Shown here: piece by piece, positions 49,875 to 62,521 of the stretch
Position numbering within the stretch: position 1 is the stretch's first letter
Layout of the letters: the number at the start of each line of letters is the position of its first letter
Source: Vicugna vicugna
Lineage: Eukaryota
DNA length: 64,000 bases
Direction of reading: 5' to 3'
Assembly: GCA_013265495.1 (NCBI GenBank)
Contig: MU057999.1
Location: 310,001 to 374,000, forward strand
Notes under the pieces: model-generated
Databases searched by the model: none
Told to the model about the DNA's origin: nothing
Seen by the model: the letters and a program-made list of their open reading frames with translations, nothing else
Program-made: the position numbers and the translations under genes

Positions 49875-52635
49875 AATATTTTCTCTATAATCACTTTGTT
49901 GAGAGATCTTATCAAAACTGGATGTTGAGTATTGTCAGACACTTTTTCTGCCTCTATTGAAATGATCGTATGATTTTTACCCTTCATTCTGTTAATGTGG
50001 TGTATCACATAATTGATTTGTGAATGCCGAACCATCCTTGCATCCTTGGAATAAATCCAACTTGATCATGGTGCATGATACTTTTAATGTTTTGTTGAAA
50101 TTGATTTGCTAATAGTTTGTTGATGATTTTTGCATCTGTGTTCAGCAAGGATATTAGCCTGTAATTTTCTTTTTTTGTGGCATCCTTGTCTGGTTTTGAT
50201 ACTGGGTAATGCTGGTTTCAGAAAATGTGTTTGAAAGCATTCCACCCTCTTCTATTTTGGGGAAGAGTGTGAGAAGGATTGGTATTAATTCTTTTTTAAA
50301 AGCTTGGTGGAATTCATCAATGAAGTCATGTGGTCCTGGACTTATGTTTGTTGGGAGGTTTTTGATTACTGATTCAACTCCTTGCTACTAATTGTTGTGG
50401 TCAACTTTTCTATTTCATTACAATTCAATCTTGATAGGTTATATGTCTCTAGGAATTTATCCATTTCCTCTAGGTTGTTTAATTTGTCAGTGTATAATTG
50501 TTCATATTAGTCAGTTATAATCCTTTATATTTCTGTGGTATCAGTTGTAACATCTTATTTTTCATTCTGATTTTATTTATTTAATCCTCTCTTTTTTTCT
50601 TGGTAAGTCTAGCTAAAGATTTGTCAATTTTGTTTATATCTTCAACGAACCAGCTATTAGTTACATTGATCTTTTCTCTTGTCTTTTTAGTATTGATATC
50701 AATTATTTGTGCTCTAATCATTATTTTCTTCATTTTACTAACTTTGGGTTTCATTTGTTCTTTTTCTATTTCCTTGCAGTGTACAGGTAAGTTGTTTATT
50801 TGAGACTTTTCTTGTAAGGCTGGCTTAGTGGTGATGAATTCCTTTAACTTTTTCTTATCTGGAAAGCTTTTTATCTCTCCTTCAATTCTGAATAAACTTT
50901 CCTGGGTAGAGCATTCTTTGTTGGAATTTTCTTCTTTCAGCACTTTGAATATATTGCACTCTCTGGCCTGCAAAGTTTGTGCTGAAAAATCTGATAGTCT
51001 TATGTTGGTGTCCTTGCACAAAACTAGTTGTTTTTCTCTTGCAGCTTTTGAGCTTCTCTCCTTGTCTTTAACTTTTGACATTTTAATTATGATGTGTCTT
51101 GGTGTAGATCTCTTTGATGTCATCTTATTTGGAGACTTCAGGGCTTCCAGGATCTGGATGTCTGTTTTCTTTCCCAAGTTAAGGAAGTTTTCAACCATTA
51201 TTTTTTCAAATAAGAGTTCTTTCCCCTTCTTTCTTCTTCTATAAAGTGAACATTAGTCTATTTGATGTTGTCTCATACGTCTCTTAAGCTATCTTCACAC
51301 TTTTAAATTCTTTTTTCTTTTTGCTGCTCTGATTGGGTGAGTCTCACTGCCTTGTCTCTGAGTTGAGTGATCCTTTCTTCTGCTTCACCTAATCTGCTGT
51401 TGAACCTCTCCAGTGTGTTCTTTAGTTCAGTTACTGTATCTTCAGCTCTGTGACTTCTAGTCAGTACTTTCTTATATTTCCCGTCTCTTTGTTGAAGTTC
51501 ACACTGTGTTCATCATTCTTTTTCCTAGTTCAGTGAACATCTTTATGGCCATTACTTTGAACTTTTTATTAGGGAAGTTACTTATTTCCATTTCATTAAG
51601 GTTTTTTCTGAAGTTTATCTTGTTCCTTCATTTGGAACATATTCCTGTGATTTCATTTTGCTTGACTCTCTGTTGGTTTCTCCTTTTTCCTTTTTAATTT
51701 TTATTGAAGTACAGTCAGTTTACAATGTTGTGTCAGTTTCTGGTGTACAGCACAATACTTCAGTCATATAGGAACATACATATATTTATTTTAATATTCT
51801 TTTCACCATAGGTTACTACAAGATATTGAATATAGTTCCCTGTGCTATACAGCAGGACCTTGTTGTTTGTCTATTTTATCTCTATTAGTTGACTCTTTGT
51901 AGGTTTCTGTCCAGTAGATGAAACCACCACCTCTTCCAGCCTTGCAGGGGTGGCTTGTGTAGGAGATGAGCCCTGTTGTTCAGCCCTCCCTCAGCTCCTG
52001 GCTGTCTCTCAAGCCTCTGTGCTTGTCCAGGCAGCCTGTTATATTTTGTCCAGTAGACGAGGATGTGCCAAGACTTGTCACCATTCCAAACTGGAGGATT
52101 TCAGCACCTAGATTCAGGCTGACTGGAAGCCAGACCCTCAGGCAGCAGCTTTTTAAAGTATGCAAATATATACAGTCCTGAGGGGCTGCCAGGGTGAGCC
52201 CCATTTGCCCTCAGAGCCGGGCGCTCTGGACGTGTCCACTGGGTGGGCTCCAGATGAGTGTATGAGCTCCTTTCTGGGAGATACCAGAAGGCTGGAGCAA
52301 AGCGAGGGGAGAGAGAGCATAAGGATGGCACCCACAGCCTGCGTTTCCTGAGAGCAGCTCCATAGACCACTAAATGTGACCCAGAGCTGAAGCCTGCCCT
52401 CAGGGTGCAGCTCCAGGACTAGCAAAAAGGATCTTTCACAGAAAGGCTGGTGGGTGTGCCTCATTCTGCTTTCTGTGCAGTGCCCCAGGGGTGGTAGCCT
52501 GCCAAGTCTTGTGGGACCCAGGAATGCAAGCCCCTCCAGCCACCAGAGTGAGGCAATCAAGAGGCGTCCCCTGGGCATCAGCTGCATAAACCCGACACAA
52601 GACCTGTATAAAGCTTTCCTCCAGGAGACGTAATA
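49875..52635 (-). mobile_element. Inverted 5' part of an L1 (5' UTR, ORF1, partial ORF2)
   Basis: ORFs 50581-51198 ([17 protein letters not shown]...[12 protein letters not shown]) and 49784-50035 ([25 protein letters not shown]); GC-richer 5' UTR at about 51900-52630. Confidence 0.9.
51682..51888 (-). mobile_element. Short younger L1 3' end nested in the older L1
   Basis: TSD ttgactctctgttggtttct (51662-51681) / ttgactctttgtaggtttct (51889-51908). Confidence 0.9.
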
Positions 52636-52639
52636 AATA

Positions 52640-53690
52640 CTCTATATGACAAGCCCACACTAATGTCATACTCAAAAGTAAAAAGTTAACGGCTTTTCTT
52701 CGAAGATCAAGAACAAGAAATGTCGGTGCACTCTCACCACTTTTATTCAACACAGAGTTAGAAGTCCTAGTCAGAGCAATTAGGCAAGAAAAGGAAATAA
52801 AAGATACCCAAATTGGAAAGGAAGAAGAAAACCCTACTTTATCAAAAAAACTGTTAAAAATAATAAACAAATTTAGTAACGTTGTAGGATAAAAAATAAG
52901 TACACAAAAATGTGTTGTGTTTCTTAACACTAACAATGAACTATCAGAAAGAGAAGTTAAGAAAACAATCCCATTTACAGCTGCATCTGAAAGAATAAAA
53001 TACCTGGGAATAAATTTAATCAAGGAAGTGAAAGATCTATGTATTGAAAACTATAAGACATTAACGAAAGAAATTGCAGAATATATTCCACGTTTATGGT
53101 TTGGAAAAATTAATATTGTATAGTTCAGTTTGCTTGAAAAGAGGGGCAGAGTTATGTCTAATCCTTCAAACCAATGAATGTCAAGGAGAACCTAATACCT
53201 GGTGCCTTGGGTTCAAAATTAAAAACCCCAAATAAGTTTCCTTACCTCTCAGAGAAAGCTAATTCCCTCTCTAAGGCTAGTTAAATTCAAATGGAGAAAA
53301 CACTAATTCAAAAAGGTATATGCACCCCCATGTTCATTGCAGTTTATTTACAATAGCCAAGACACAGAAACAACCGAAGTATCCATCAATGGGTGGATGG
53401 ATAAAGAAGCTGTGGTATATTATATATAATATATATTTCGTATACATATGATATTTTGTCATTTCCAGCAACATGGATGGGCTGCAAGGGCATTCTGCCA
53501 AGTGAAATAAATCAGAGAAATACAAATAATGTATGATCTCTCTTATATGTGGAATCTAAAGCAAAAACAAAAACCAAGCTCACAGAACAGATCGAAGGTT
53601 GCAAGATGCAAGGTGGGGGCGTGGAGGGACAGGAGAATTAAGCAAACTGTTTTATTTTTTAAGTTTAAATAAATTAAAGAAAAAATTTAA
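52640..53690 (+). mobile_element. Forward 3' part of an L1 (ORF2 RT remnant, internal deletion, 3' UTR)
   Basis: tatatgacaagcccaca...ctctcaccacttttattcaac; ORF 52917-53123 (KKTIPFTAASERIKYLGINL); 3' UTR from about 53300. Confidence 0.85.
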
Positions 53691-53853
53691 AAAGCAATCC
53701 ATGTTCAAACAGTTGAGTCTACTTTAAGTGCATACCCAGGGGGAAAAATTTTAAATACTAAAAAAACCAAATCATAGAAGACAAACTAGAAGAAAATAGA
53801 ATCAAATATTGATCAAGATTCTGGACAGGAAATATATTTGTAAGCTCTGAAGT

Positions 53854-53895
53854 GGAAAAAAAGAAGAAGGAGGAGGAGGAGGAGAAGAAGAAGAG

Positions 53896-53927
<32 letters not shown>

Positions 53928-54030
53928 AGGAGAAGGAGAAGGAGAAGGAGAAGGAGAAGGAGAAGGAGAAGGAGAAGGAGAAGGAGAAGGAGAAGGAGAA
54001 AAAGAAAGAAGAAGAAGAAGAAAGAAGAAA
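53854..54030. repeat. Compound polypurine microsatellite (GAG)n(GAA)n(GAGAAG)n
   Basis: Read directly; explains the low-complexity ORFs in several frames. Confidence 0.98.
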
Positions 54031-56889
54031 CCACAATGAAAAAGACTGACAAACATGAACAAATTAAAATTTAAAACTCTGCACTACAACAAAAACAATG
54101 AAAATAAAATAACCAAACTAAAAAACCAAAAAGACCAGAACAGGGCAGTAGGGTGGAGGCTCTAAGCTACAATTGCCACAACCAGAAGGTTAACATCTTA
54201 GTTATAGAAAGAACTTATAAAGCTTGGTTTAAGAAATTAAGACTGGAATAAATAAATAAACCAACATCCGCACTGACACATCACACATCACACAAGTGGA
54301 AACACTACTATAAACAAATGTGGCAAAAAATTAAAGCCTGTGGTATTCACAGAAATATAAATTAAAACCAGGGAAATGTGTGGTTTTTGTTCACCACAGT
54401 GACAAAATTTAAAACAATGATAATTCCTAATCCTGGTGACGGTGCTAGGGACCAATATCATAGGTAGTGCTTATCACTGTGTAAATCTTGGAACATGATT
54501 TGTCATCTTGAATTAAGAGCCACCAAAAATATTTTGATACTTTGACTCAGCTATCCCACATCTGGGGATTTATCCTAGTGAGATAATCTAAAGAAGAGAA
54601 GAACTCTTCTTGGTGACGTCCAATGAGTGTTACTGACATCTCAGAGGGTTCTGGATGACCTGCCTTTTTGTGTATAATGCTCCTGGTGCGTGGCATTAGG
54701 AGACACCCCTCTCCACCTCAGTTGTTGTACACAACAGCTTTGGAATTTTAGTTGAAGAATGAGTAAGAGGTTCTCAGTGAGGATAAAATGAGGACCATGG
54801 GGGACAAGAGGGTTTACATCTCCATCACCATGGGACTGACTGCCTCACTGTTTTTGATGCTTTATGGGATAAGCAGAAGCAGAAGAACTAACAAAGGGCT
54901 AGGTGAGACTCCAACGTCCAAACAGTGCAGCTTCAGAGCCTCAATGGTCAGGGGCCACGCAGAACAAAGAGAGGCGCATTCTCCTACCCGCTCCACTCTG
55001 CCGCAGACCAGCAGCCTGTCAAGGTGCAGAGTTCTCAGCAGTGCTCCACGAGGTTCCTGGCAGCAGAGGTGCTGTGAGCAGATGACAAGGGTAATGCCAG
55101 TCTGGTCACAACTACAAACAGTGAAACTGGGAAGTTCTGATTATATTTATAATATTGAAAAAATCGCAAACAGTCTAAATGTCTAACTCTAAGTGAAGGA
55201 ATGTGCAATTAATGAAAAAGCACACAAAGTTGAAAAGATGGCTCATGGAACTCTCAGTTCCTTCCTGGATACATGGAAGAATACATTGTCCGGGTCTCCC
55301 CATACCCTGCCGTGACTTAAAATATGGCCCCATGGCTGGGAAGTGGTACATGTTCTACTGGGCTCAAGCATGTAAGATTCCATGCACCATCCTTCATCAC
55401 AATCAAGAAGACTGCACGTGCAGATGGAGGTGCCGTGAGGTTTAAGTAGCTTCCGTCTCTGAGTCACCCGTTGGCAGACAGCTGCCTGAGGGCCACTCAG
55501 GGCCACAAGGGACATTGGAGAGATAAGGAATAAAGCTTTATTATTTTAAGCCTTTGAGATTTGGGGGTTGTTTGATACTGAAGCACAAGGTATTCTAAAC
55601 CCGAGAGGCAACATAGAAAAAGTCTCAAAACACAAGATTTAGAGAATGCAGATTTACTCGTAAGTATAAACAAAGCAAGGCGTTTGGGTTACCATCCTGA
55701 TGCTGTGTTTCTTTGCATTTTTTCTTCTTTACACCTAAACTTTTAAAAATTGTTTATAACTAAAAATAAATTAGTGTGAGATAAGGAGGAAGAGAGGGAG
55801 AAAGGAAAAGGAACAAGGAAGACCCTGCCCTCCAGTTTCTTTGCTCTCCTCTTGGAGCCTTAGGTCCCACAGGCTTCCTCTCCACCCATCCAACAGCTCC
55901 ACCCAACCAACACCCGTCCAAACAGATGACTTTTATCAAATGACAGCTGTGTGCTGTGCACCAGGTAGGTTCCCTAGACACTGTGTCCCAAACAAAAGTC
56001 TATAAAGGGGGTGCTAAAATGATCATTTTACAAATGTGGAAATTGTGATTTAGTAAGGTTGTTGCTTGTTCAAGTTTATGTAGCAAGTTAGTGGCAGAGC
56101 TGGGATTCAAACCCAGGGTGCTCTTGCTTGTCACCAACCTGTTCAGCTCTAAATAATTTAGCTCTCTGACATATATGGAAAGACTGTGATTTTGGAAAGT
56201 TCCCATACCTTTCTGCTTGGAAAGTCCATTCCACTTTTGCTCCTTACCTCCCACATGATAACATGCTTTCTGTTTCCTGAACAGAGCTAGCTTTTACCTA
56301 ATTTTTGTATTTAATGTGGTTATGAATAACAGGGAGGCAGGAGTGATGGTTTCCCAGGTATGTGGTGTGGCTGAAGAGACCTGTGTGGGACCAGTTGTGT
56401 TCTTCCCTCCCCACTGCCTGGTCCTTCAAAGGCAATATGATGTGATGATGTGCTGTGGCCCAGGTGAAGGCAAACAGAGCTGCTCAGGTCTCAGTTATGC
56501 CCCCATGAGCTCTGTGACTTCAGGCCATCCTCTTAACCTTTCCGAGCCTCTGATTTGTCTTCTATAAAAAGGTAGTAATCTCTGTCTACTTCTTGTGAAG
56601 CCCACATGGAAGGAAAAGCTCTCTGAAAAGTGTCAGTGCTGGAAAAGTGCAAGGTAGTGTTATTATTTCCATAGCAGATATGCGGTCAGGAAAATCATCT
56701 TATTTTCTCATTGCCATTGGACCTGGTTCAGGTGCTTAGGGTTGGCTCAGATTTTGTCTCTTCCTGTTGAATAGCCAGGGCTCATTTGAGTTCTCTGAGC
56801 TCTGAGAGGTGAAGCAGGTAAGCAGAAGAACATCTATGTCTGAACAGACCTCTCGTCCACTTTGCCTCTCTTCCCCTTCCCCAAGGTTG

Positions 56890-57275
56890 TGCCTAGGAAA
56901 AACCATCTACTTCTTACCAAATATCTATGCTGTCCTACATTTTCTCACCCTCCTGCAATTATGTGGAGCCATGTGATCAATTCTGGACAAAGGGCTGTGG
57001 GTGGAAGTGATGATCCTCATTTCTAGGCTGATGCATTTAAGAACCAGGGTGCATCTCTCCATCTCTATTTCCCTGCTCTGAAGAGGTTGACCAGAGGACC
57101 TGGCTACAATTCAGAAGAGCTTCCATCAGTCTGGGTACCTGAGACCTAGCACTACAGACCTCTGCCAGTCCACCTTGGACATGTATCACAAATGAGAAGT
57201 AAATTTCTGTTCTATATGACTAAGATTTTGAGCCTGTTTGCTACCACAGTGAAGGCTGTCCTCTCCTGGCTAACC
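56890..57275 (+). mobile_element. MaLR LTR (MLT1-like)
   Basis: ctacattttctcacc...gccatgtgatcaattctggac...tgagaagtaaatttctgtt. Confidence 0.65.
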
Positions 57276-57911
57276 CAGACCAGAGAACCAGTGATTCTCT
57301 GTGGGAAACTTAAGCCTGGGACAGGACACCAGGAAGATGTTTAGTGGCATTTGCTTTTGGCTGCCAGAGCCCCCAAATCACTCCTCCTCATACTCAACAT
57401 AAAGAAAATAAAGTATATTTTTAGAATTATTACTCATTCATTAAAAATATTAAAAACATAAGTGGCAAAGAGAGATAGGGAAGGAGGAAAGAAGGAACAG
57501 AGAAAGAAAAAAAGAGAGAGAGGAAGGGAGGTGAGCTGAGCCAATCAGATTATCCAGTCTTGTGAAGGCGCCCCTGAGAAGTCCCGTGAGACATGGGAAG
57601 GTGGTTAAAGAGGGCCTTGAGCAAGATGAGTAAGTGGAGGGAGATTAGAACAAGGCTGCCAAGAAAGAAAAACAAAATAAACCTCCCTTGTTTTGGACTT
57701 TCCTGGTTGTGTTTCTTGCCTTTAGGTTTCATCATTGGCTCAACAAATATTTACTGAGTGTCTACTGTGTGCCAACCAGGGTTCTGGGGCTGGATACTCA
57801 GCTAGAACAAAACGTAGTACCTGCCCACAGGGACTGAACTTTTTAGAGCAGAGACAGCAAACCCATACATATGTGTGATGCAGTGTGTTAGAAGATGATG
57901 CATCTCCATGA

Positions 57912-58003
57912 GATGGAGAGATAGCAGGGAGGAGACAGAAGGTAGGGTGGCTCCAGTGATGGAGAGATAGCAGGGAGGAGACAGAAGGTAGGGTGGCTCC
58001 AGT
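57912..58003. repeat. Perfect 46-bp tandem duplication
   Basis: gatggagagatagcagggaggagacagaaggtagggtggctccagt twice. Confidence 0.97.
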
Positions 58004-58390
58004 GTTTGCAGAGTGGTCGGAGAAAGTCTCACTGAGAAATCAAAACCCTAAAGAAGGGGCAGAAGCTAGAAGAAGGAACAAGGAAGCCAGGGTGGTTGGG
58101 TTGTGTGGCCAAGGAAGGAAGTGGTAGGGGATGACATACAAGAAGTACTGGGGAGGGCGGAGCATGGTAAGGACTTTGCTCAGAGATGGGAAGCTGTTGG
58201 CGGATTTGAGCAGCAGGATAGTATGAGCTAATTTACATTTTAAAAGAATGATTCCAGAGGGGAGGGTATACCTCAGTGGTAGAGCACATGCCTAGCATGC
58301 ATGAGGTCCTGGGTTCAATCCCCAGCACCTCCATTAAAAAAAAAAAACAAAACACTCACTGTAGAAAGATGGTTCTGGTTGCTGCATGGA

Positions 58391-58580
58391 TAGAGTTGCC
58401 AGATTTAGCAAATAAAAATTCCTGGTGTGTAGTTAAATTTGCATTTCAAATTAATGAATATTTTTTAGAAGAAGTGTATCCCATGTAACATTTGTGACAT
58501 ATTTATACTAAAAAATTATTTTTTTGTTTATCTGAAATGCAGATTCAATTCAAGGTCCTGAGTTTTATCTGGCAACTCCA
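58391..58580. mobile_element. MER53-like palindromic hAT MITE
   Basis: Terminal inverted repeats gagttgccagat / atctggcaactc, internal palindrome, 8-bp TSD tgcatgga / tacatgga. Confidence 0.9.
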
Positions 58581-59544
58581 TACATGGAGAAAGATTTAGG
58601 ACATAGAGGTGAAAGCGGGAAGATCAGCTAGGGGTGTTGCAAGAATGCAGGTGAGAAATGAAGGCGGTTCAGACTGGGGAGGAGGTCGGTTGGTGGGGAG
58701 AAGTTGTTAGTTGGATTCTGGCTGATATATGAGGTCCCCTGTATAGTCTCTCTCTCTCTCTCTCAGACCTTTTATGTGAGCTAGTTTGCTTCATTTTGCC
58801 ACCAAAAATAGAGGAAAAGCAGTGGTGTTCATTGGGAGGATGTGGCTGGGGACCTACTGGCATGAGGGAAGGATGTGGGTTTTACCACAAGTTCCGCATA
58901 GTTTTAGAGAAACCACGAGAATAGAATTGGTCGCTTGAAAGTAGAAAGAAGCCAAAGTCTGATCACAGCCCTGAAAGAGCTCTGCCCCTCCCTGCTCAGG
59001 AGCATGTAATCTGCCCCCGGAGGTGAGAAACACTTTGGCCATGACACTTCCTGTTTGATTCCTTCCCCTTCACTTGGTACCAGCAGGCATCTCTTGGCTG
59101 GAGGAAGAGTAAGAGAGAGCCTGTGGGGGAAAGGTGACTTGTAACTGGATCTTTCTGCTCAGATCTTTTGTTTTGAGCCAATATGCTGAGAATATCCTTA
59201 GAAGACCAGGGCAATGTCTTATAGATGGTTGGAGCTCGGGGCAGGGAAGAGAGCGCCTGTGATGTGTCCTAACATATGTGACTCACAAGCAGCTCGATGC
59301 AGATACGACCACCCCTTCTCATGGTGAGGAACTGCACAGAAAGGTATGGCGACCTCCTTGGGGTCCCTCTGCAGAGCAGAAATCACTCCAGTGCTAACGA
59401 GCTGAGAATCTGACAGGAGATAAGGCAGCTGTACAGTTTTCATTCCACTAAGCGTTTAAGACCAAGTGTTTGATCAGGAGAGAACCACAGAAACATAATC
59501 ATTACCAGCCGGCTTCCTGCCTTGCCTGACTCCTGCCTCACTCC

Positions 59545-59900
59545 TTCGATTGTTCAACACAAGTGTACTGAGCACCTTCTACATGCCAGAGTCCATGCCA
59601 GGCCCTGGTGGTGATATACTGGTGAACAAAAACTGTGAGCCGGAGGTTTGAAGGAAGAGGATGGTTGACCAGGCCAAGGTGAGGGGTGGGGCGATGTCCC
59701 ATGAAGGGAGCTTGTGAACATGTTCTGTGGCAGGAGGGAGTGTGGACAACACCAGGGATGGAAGAAGGCTGGAGGGGAGACATACAGATGCCACGACGCA
59801 GTGTGAATGGCAGGTCATGGTTAAGGACTTGCATTTTTATCCCAAGAGCCAGGAGACACCATGGAAGTACTTAAGCAGGACTGTGACATTCTGAAAAGAT
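59545..59900 (-). mobile_element. L2 3' end
   Basis: tactgagcaccttctacatgccag...ggccctggtggtgatatactggtgaacaaaa. Confidence 0.7.
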
Positions 59901-60341
59901 AAAACTCAAACGTCTGTTACTAGAGGACTAGTTAGATCAGTTAGGAAACACCCATATGGGGAATCTGTTCCAGAGAATGAAAAATAGACAAACAAACAAA
60001 AACCCCCAAACACATACAAAGCCCTGCTACCGTGGTCATTTGGTTACGTGGGCCCATTGAGTGAGCACTGGGGTGGCTGAGAAAAGAGACTGACCTTGAT
60101 AGAACATGTTTTGTTCACCTGACTCAAAAAAAAAAAAAGAATAAAGAATGAATGCATCATGTATGACTGAAGCACTGTGCTGTACATCAGAAATTGACAC
60201 AACATTGTAAACTGACTGTACTTCAATAAAAAAAGAAGGAATGAATGCAAACTAACAGCGTGACCTCTAAGAATATTGTTACATGGTACAGAACAGCATG
60301 ATTGTATTCTACCATTTGTGTAAGAAATACATACATAGAAA

Positions 60342-60978
60342 CAGTTGATTCTTGTTCTTCATGGAGGTTATGTTCTATTAAGCTGCCACAAACACTGAAT
60401 CAGCAGATTGTTCCCAGGGAAAATATGGGGTTAGGTTCCTGCAGGCTCTGGTCACAGTGTTTTCATCAACTGATCAACACATATGTAATTTACTGTATGT
60501 GGGTTTCAGTTTAAAGGCATCTTACTTCATATGCATTATTAATTCATTAACATTGAACTCATAGCCGACAGCACGTCTGAACGAAGCTCATCCAGCACGT
60601 GTATTTTCTCCACAAGGCACAACAAAGTTTTCTTGCGCACTTAGGAACCTGAGACAGCACTTCAGCACTATGATTGGAGGCCATTTTAAACAGCAAAATC
60701 ATTAGCACAAAGCATGAAAATTCAAAAAGATGTGACACTACCTGGACTGCACCAAGGACACGTGTTTACAGGATGAGAGCTGAAGCCGGGAGGCAGGGCG
60801 CCGCCTTGTTTGACCTCAGCTGGGAACGTGCTTGTTGCAAGTCTCCGATTCCTCCTTGCTCCCCACAGGTCTGTGAATGACCGTGCAAGGGCCTCGAGGG
60901 CTGATCTGGGGGTTCCCAGGAAAGCTTAGCAAGTAGATGAATTTGCAAATACAGAACACGTGAATATGAACATCAGCT
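60342..60978 (+). mobile_element. MER82-like Tigger-family DNA transposon
   Basis: cagttgattcttgttcttcatggaggttatgttctat...gggttaggttcctgcaggctctggtcac...gaatttgcaaatacagaa. Confidence 0.8.
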
Positions 60979-61029
60979 TTTATAGGGGAAATAGTCTCAG
61001 ACTTAGACATAAACAAAAACTAAATACTA

Positions 61030-61126
61030 CAGGAATAGTCATCAACTCTACCCAGATTCACCTACCGTTAACATTTTACCCCATTTGCTTTATCGTGTGT
61101 TCTCTCCCTCCTCTTCCCATGGACAG

Positions 61127-61159
<33 letters not shown>

Positions 61160-61505
61160 CAATTTTTCTTCCTGAACCATATAAGGATAAGACACACATC
61201 ATGGCCCCTTTACTCCTAAATAGGTCAGTGTGTATTTCCTAAGAAAGGGATCCTCTTTCGTAACCACTGTACGCTTATCAACTTTGGTCAGTTTAACATG
61301 GATACAGTACTTTTATCTAATCAACCACTCCCTTTAATTCTGGAACATGTCCACAGCCTTTCTTTGTGTTTTATGATGTTGATGCTTTGTAACTGCCACT
61401 TAAAAAAAAAGAAAAGAAACAGAACGTTCTTCATTTGGGGTTTGTCTGATGTTTCCTCACAGTTAGATGCAGGTTAGGCATTCTTCCCCGGAATGCCACA
61501 TAGGT
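61030..61505 (-). mobile_element. Old L1ME-like 3' end with (CA)n
   Basis: ccagattcacctaccgttaacatttt...tttgtctgatgtttcctca. Confidence 0.7.
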
Positions 61506-62521
61506 GGTGACGTACAATGTACCTGCCCTAAAACATGCGGAATGTCTGTGGAAGGAAGCTGTAGAAACTAGTGACAGGGATTGCCTTTGGAGAAGACAAC
61601 TGAGAGTCAGGAGGAGAGAAGGGGGAAGGAGAGTGACTTTTCACTGTGTCCTCATATACCTTTTGAATTGTGTGCTAGGTATATGGAGAACCTATTCACA
61701 AACTAAATTTTTACAAAAATTCTATAAGTTGGTGGATCTGGTATGATGATCCCATTTTCCATGTGGAGAAACAGGCTCAAAGAGGGCGAGCGAGAGGCGG
61801 GAAGGCCTCCACTTGGGGCTTGTGGCCAATGGCAAGGCCCACGCCAGCTGTCACTTGAACTGCTCCTCCAACACTCGATGTGTGCAGGTTGCCATGAGGG
61901 CCCAGAGGGGACGGTGAGGGCCGGTAGGCAGGGAGGCTTCCTGGGGGTGGAGATAGACACCTGAGCTGAGTGTAGAAAGGTGAGAAGTTAGCCAGGTGAC
62001 CAGATTATAGGACTAGGGGGCAGTATGAGGGAAGAGAAGCAGGAAGGAGTGTATTTCAGCTAGGAAGTGCCTTGGATCCAGGGTGGTTGGCTTGCAAAAG
62101 CGCGTGCATCATTTGCCATTGGGATCTGCACAGATTAAGATCTTCCCTGGCAGTCCCACCCTGCTGTGCGAGGGGGGAGCCTGGGCTTGCCTTCCAACAA
62201 ACACTGCACCTGGCTCTCCACTTCCAAGCCTCCTCTCAGTCTGACTATTCAGTCTGTTTGGAGTTGAACTCCCTCATGTGGCTGGTTTCCATAGTCTCTT
62301 GGAAAACTCAGTCCTCTGAGCTCTGTGTCTCTCCCTTTCTCTTGAGATGCCATCTGGGTACCTGGGTAAATAAGTGCCTTTACTATATCCACTGAAGATT
62401 GGGGTGAAAGGCCTCAATACACCAGGTCCTCTGCACCTCTCCTACTCTCTTTGAAGAAAGAGGCATCAGTTAACATAAGACTTGAGACTGGGGCCATATG
62501 ACACCTGGGGTAACGTGCCTC

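Larger units (their letters stand above)
57738..58730 (-). mobile_element. L2 carrying nested SINE (58258-58350, + strand) and MER53
   Basis: caacaaatatttactgagtgtctactgtgtgcca...; SINE A and B boxes. Confidence 0.8.

Noticed and set aside
53758..54062. Poly-K/E, poly-L, poly-S/P and poly-F/S ORFs
   Set aside because: Translations of the purine microsatellite.
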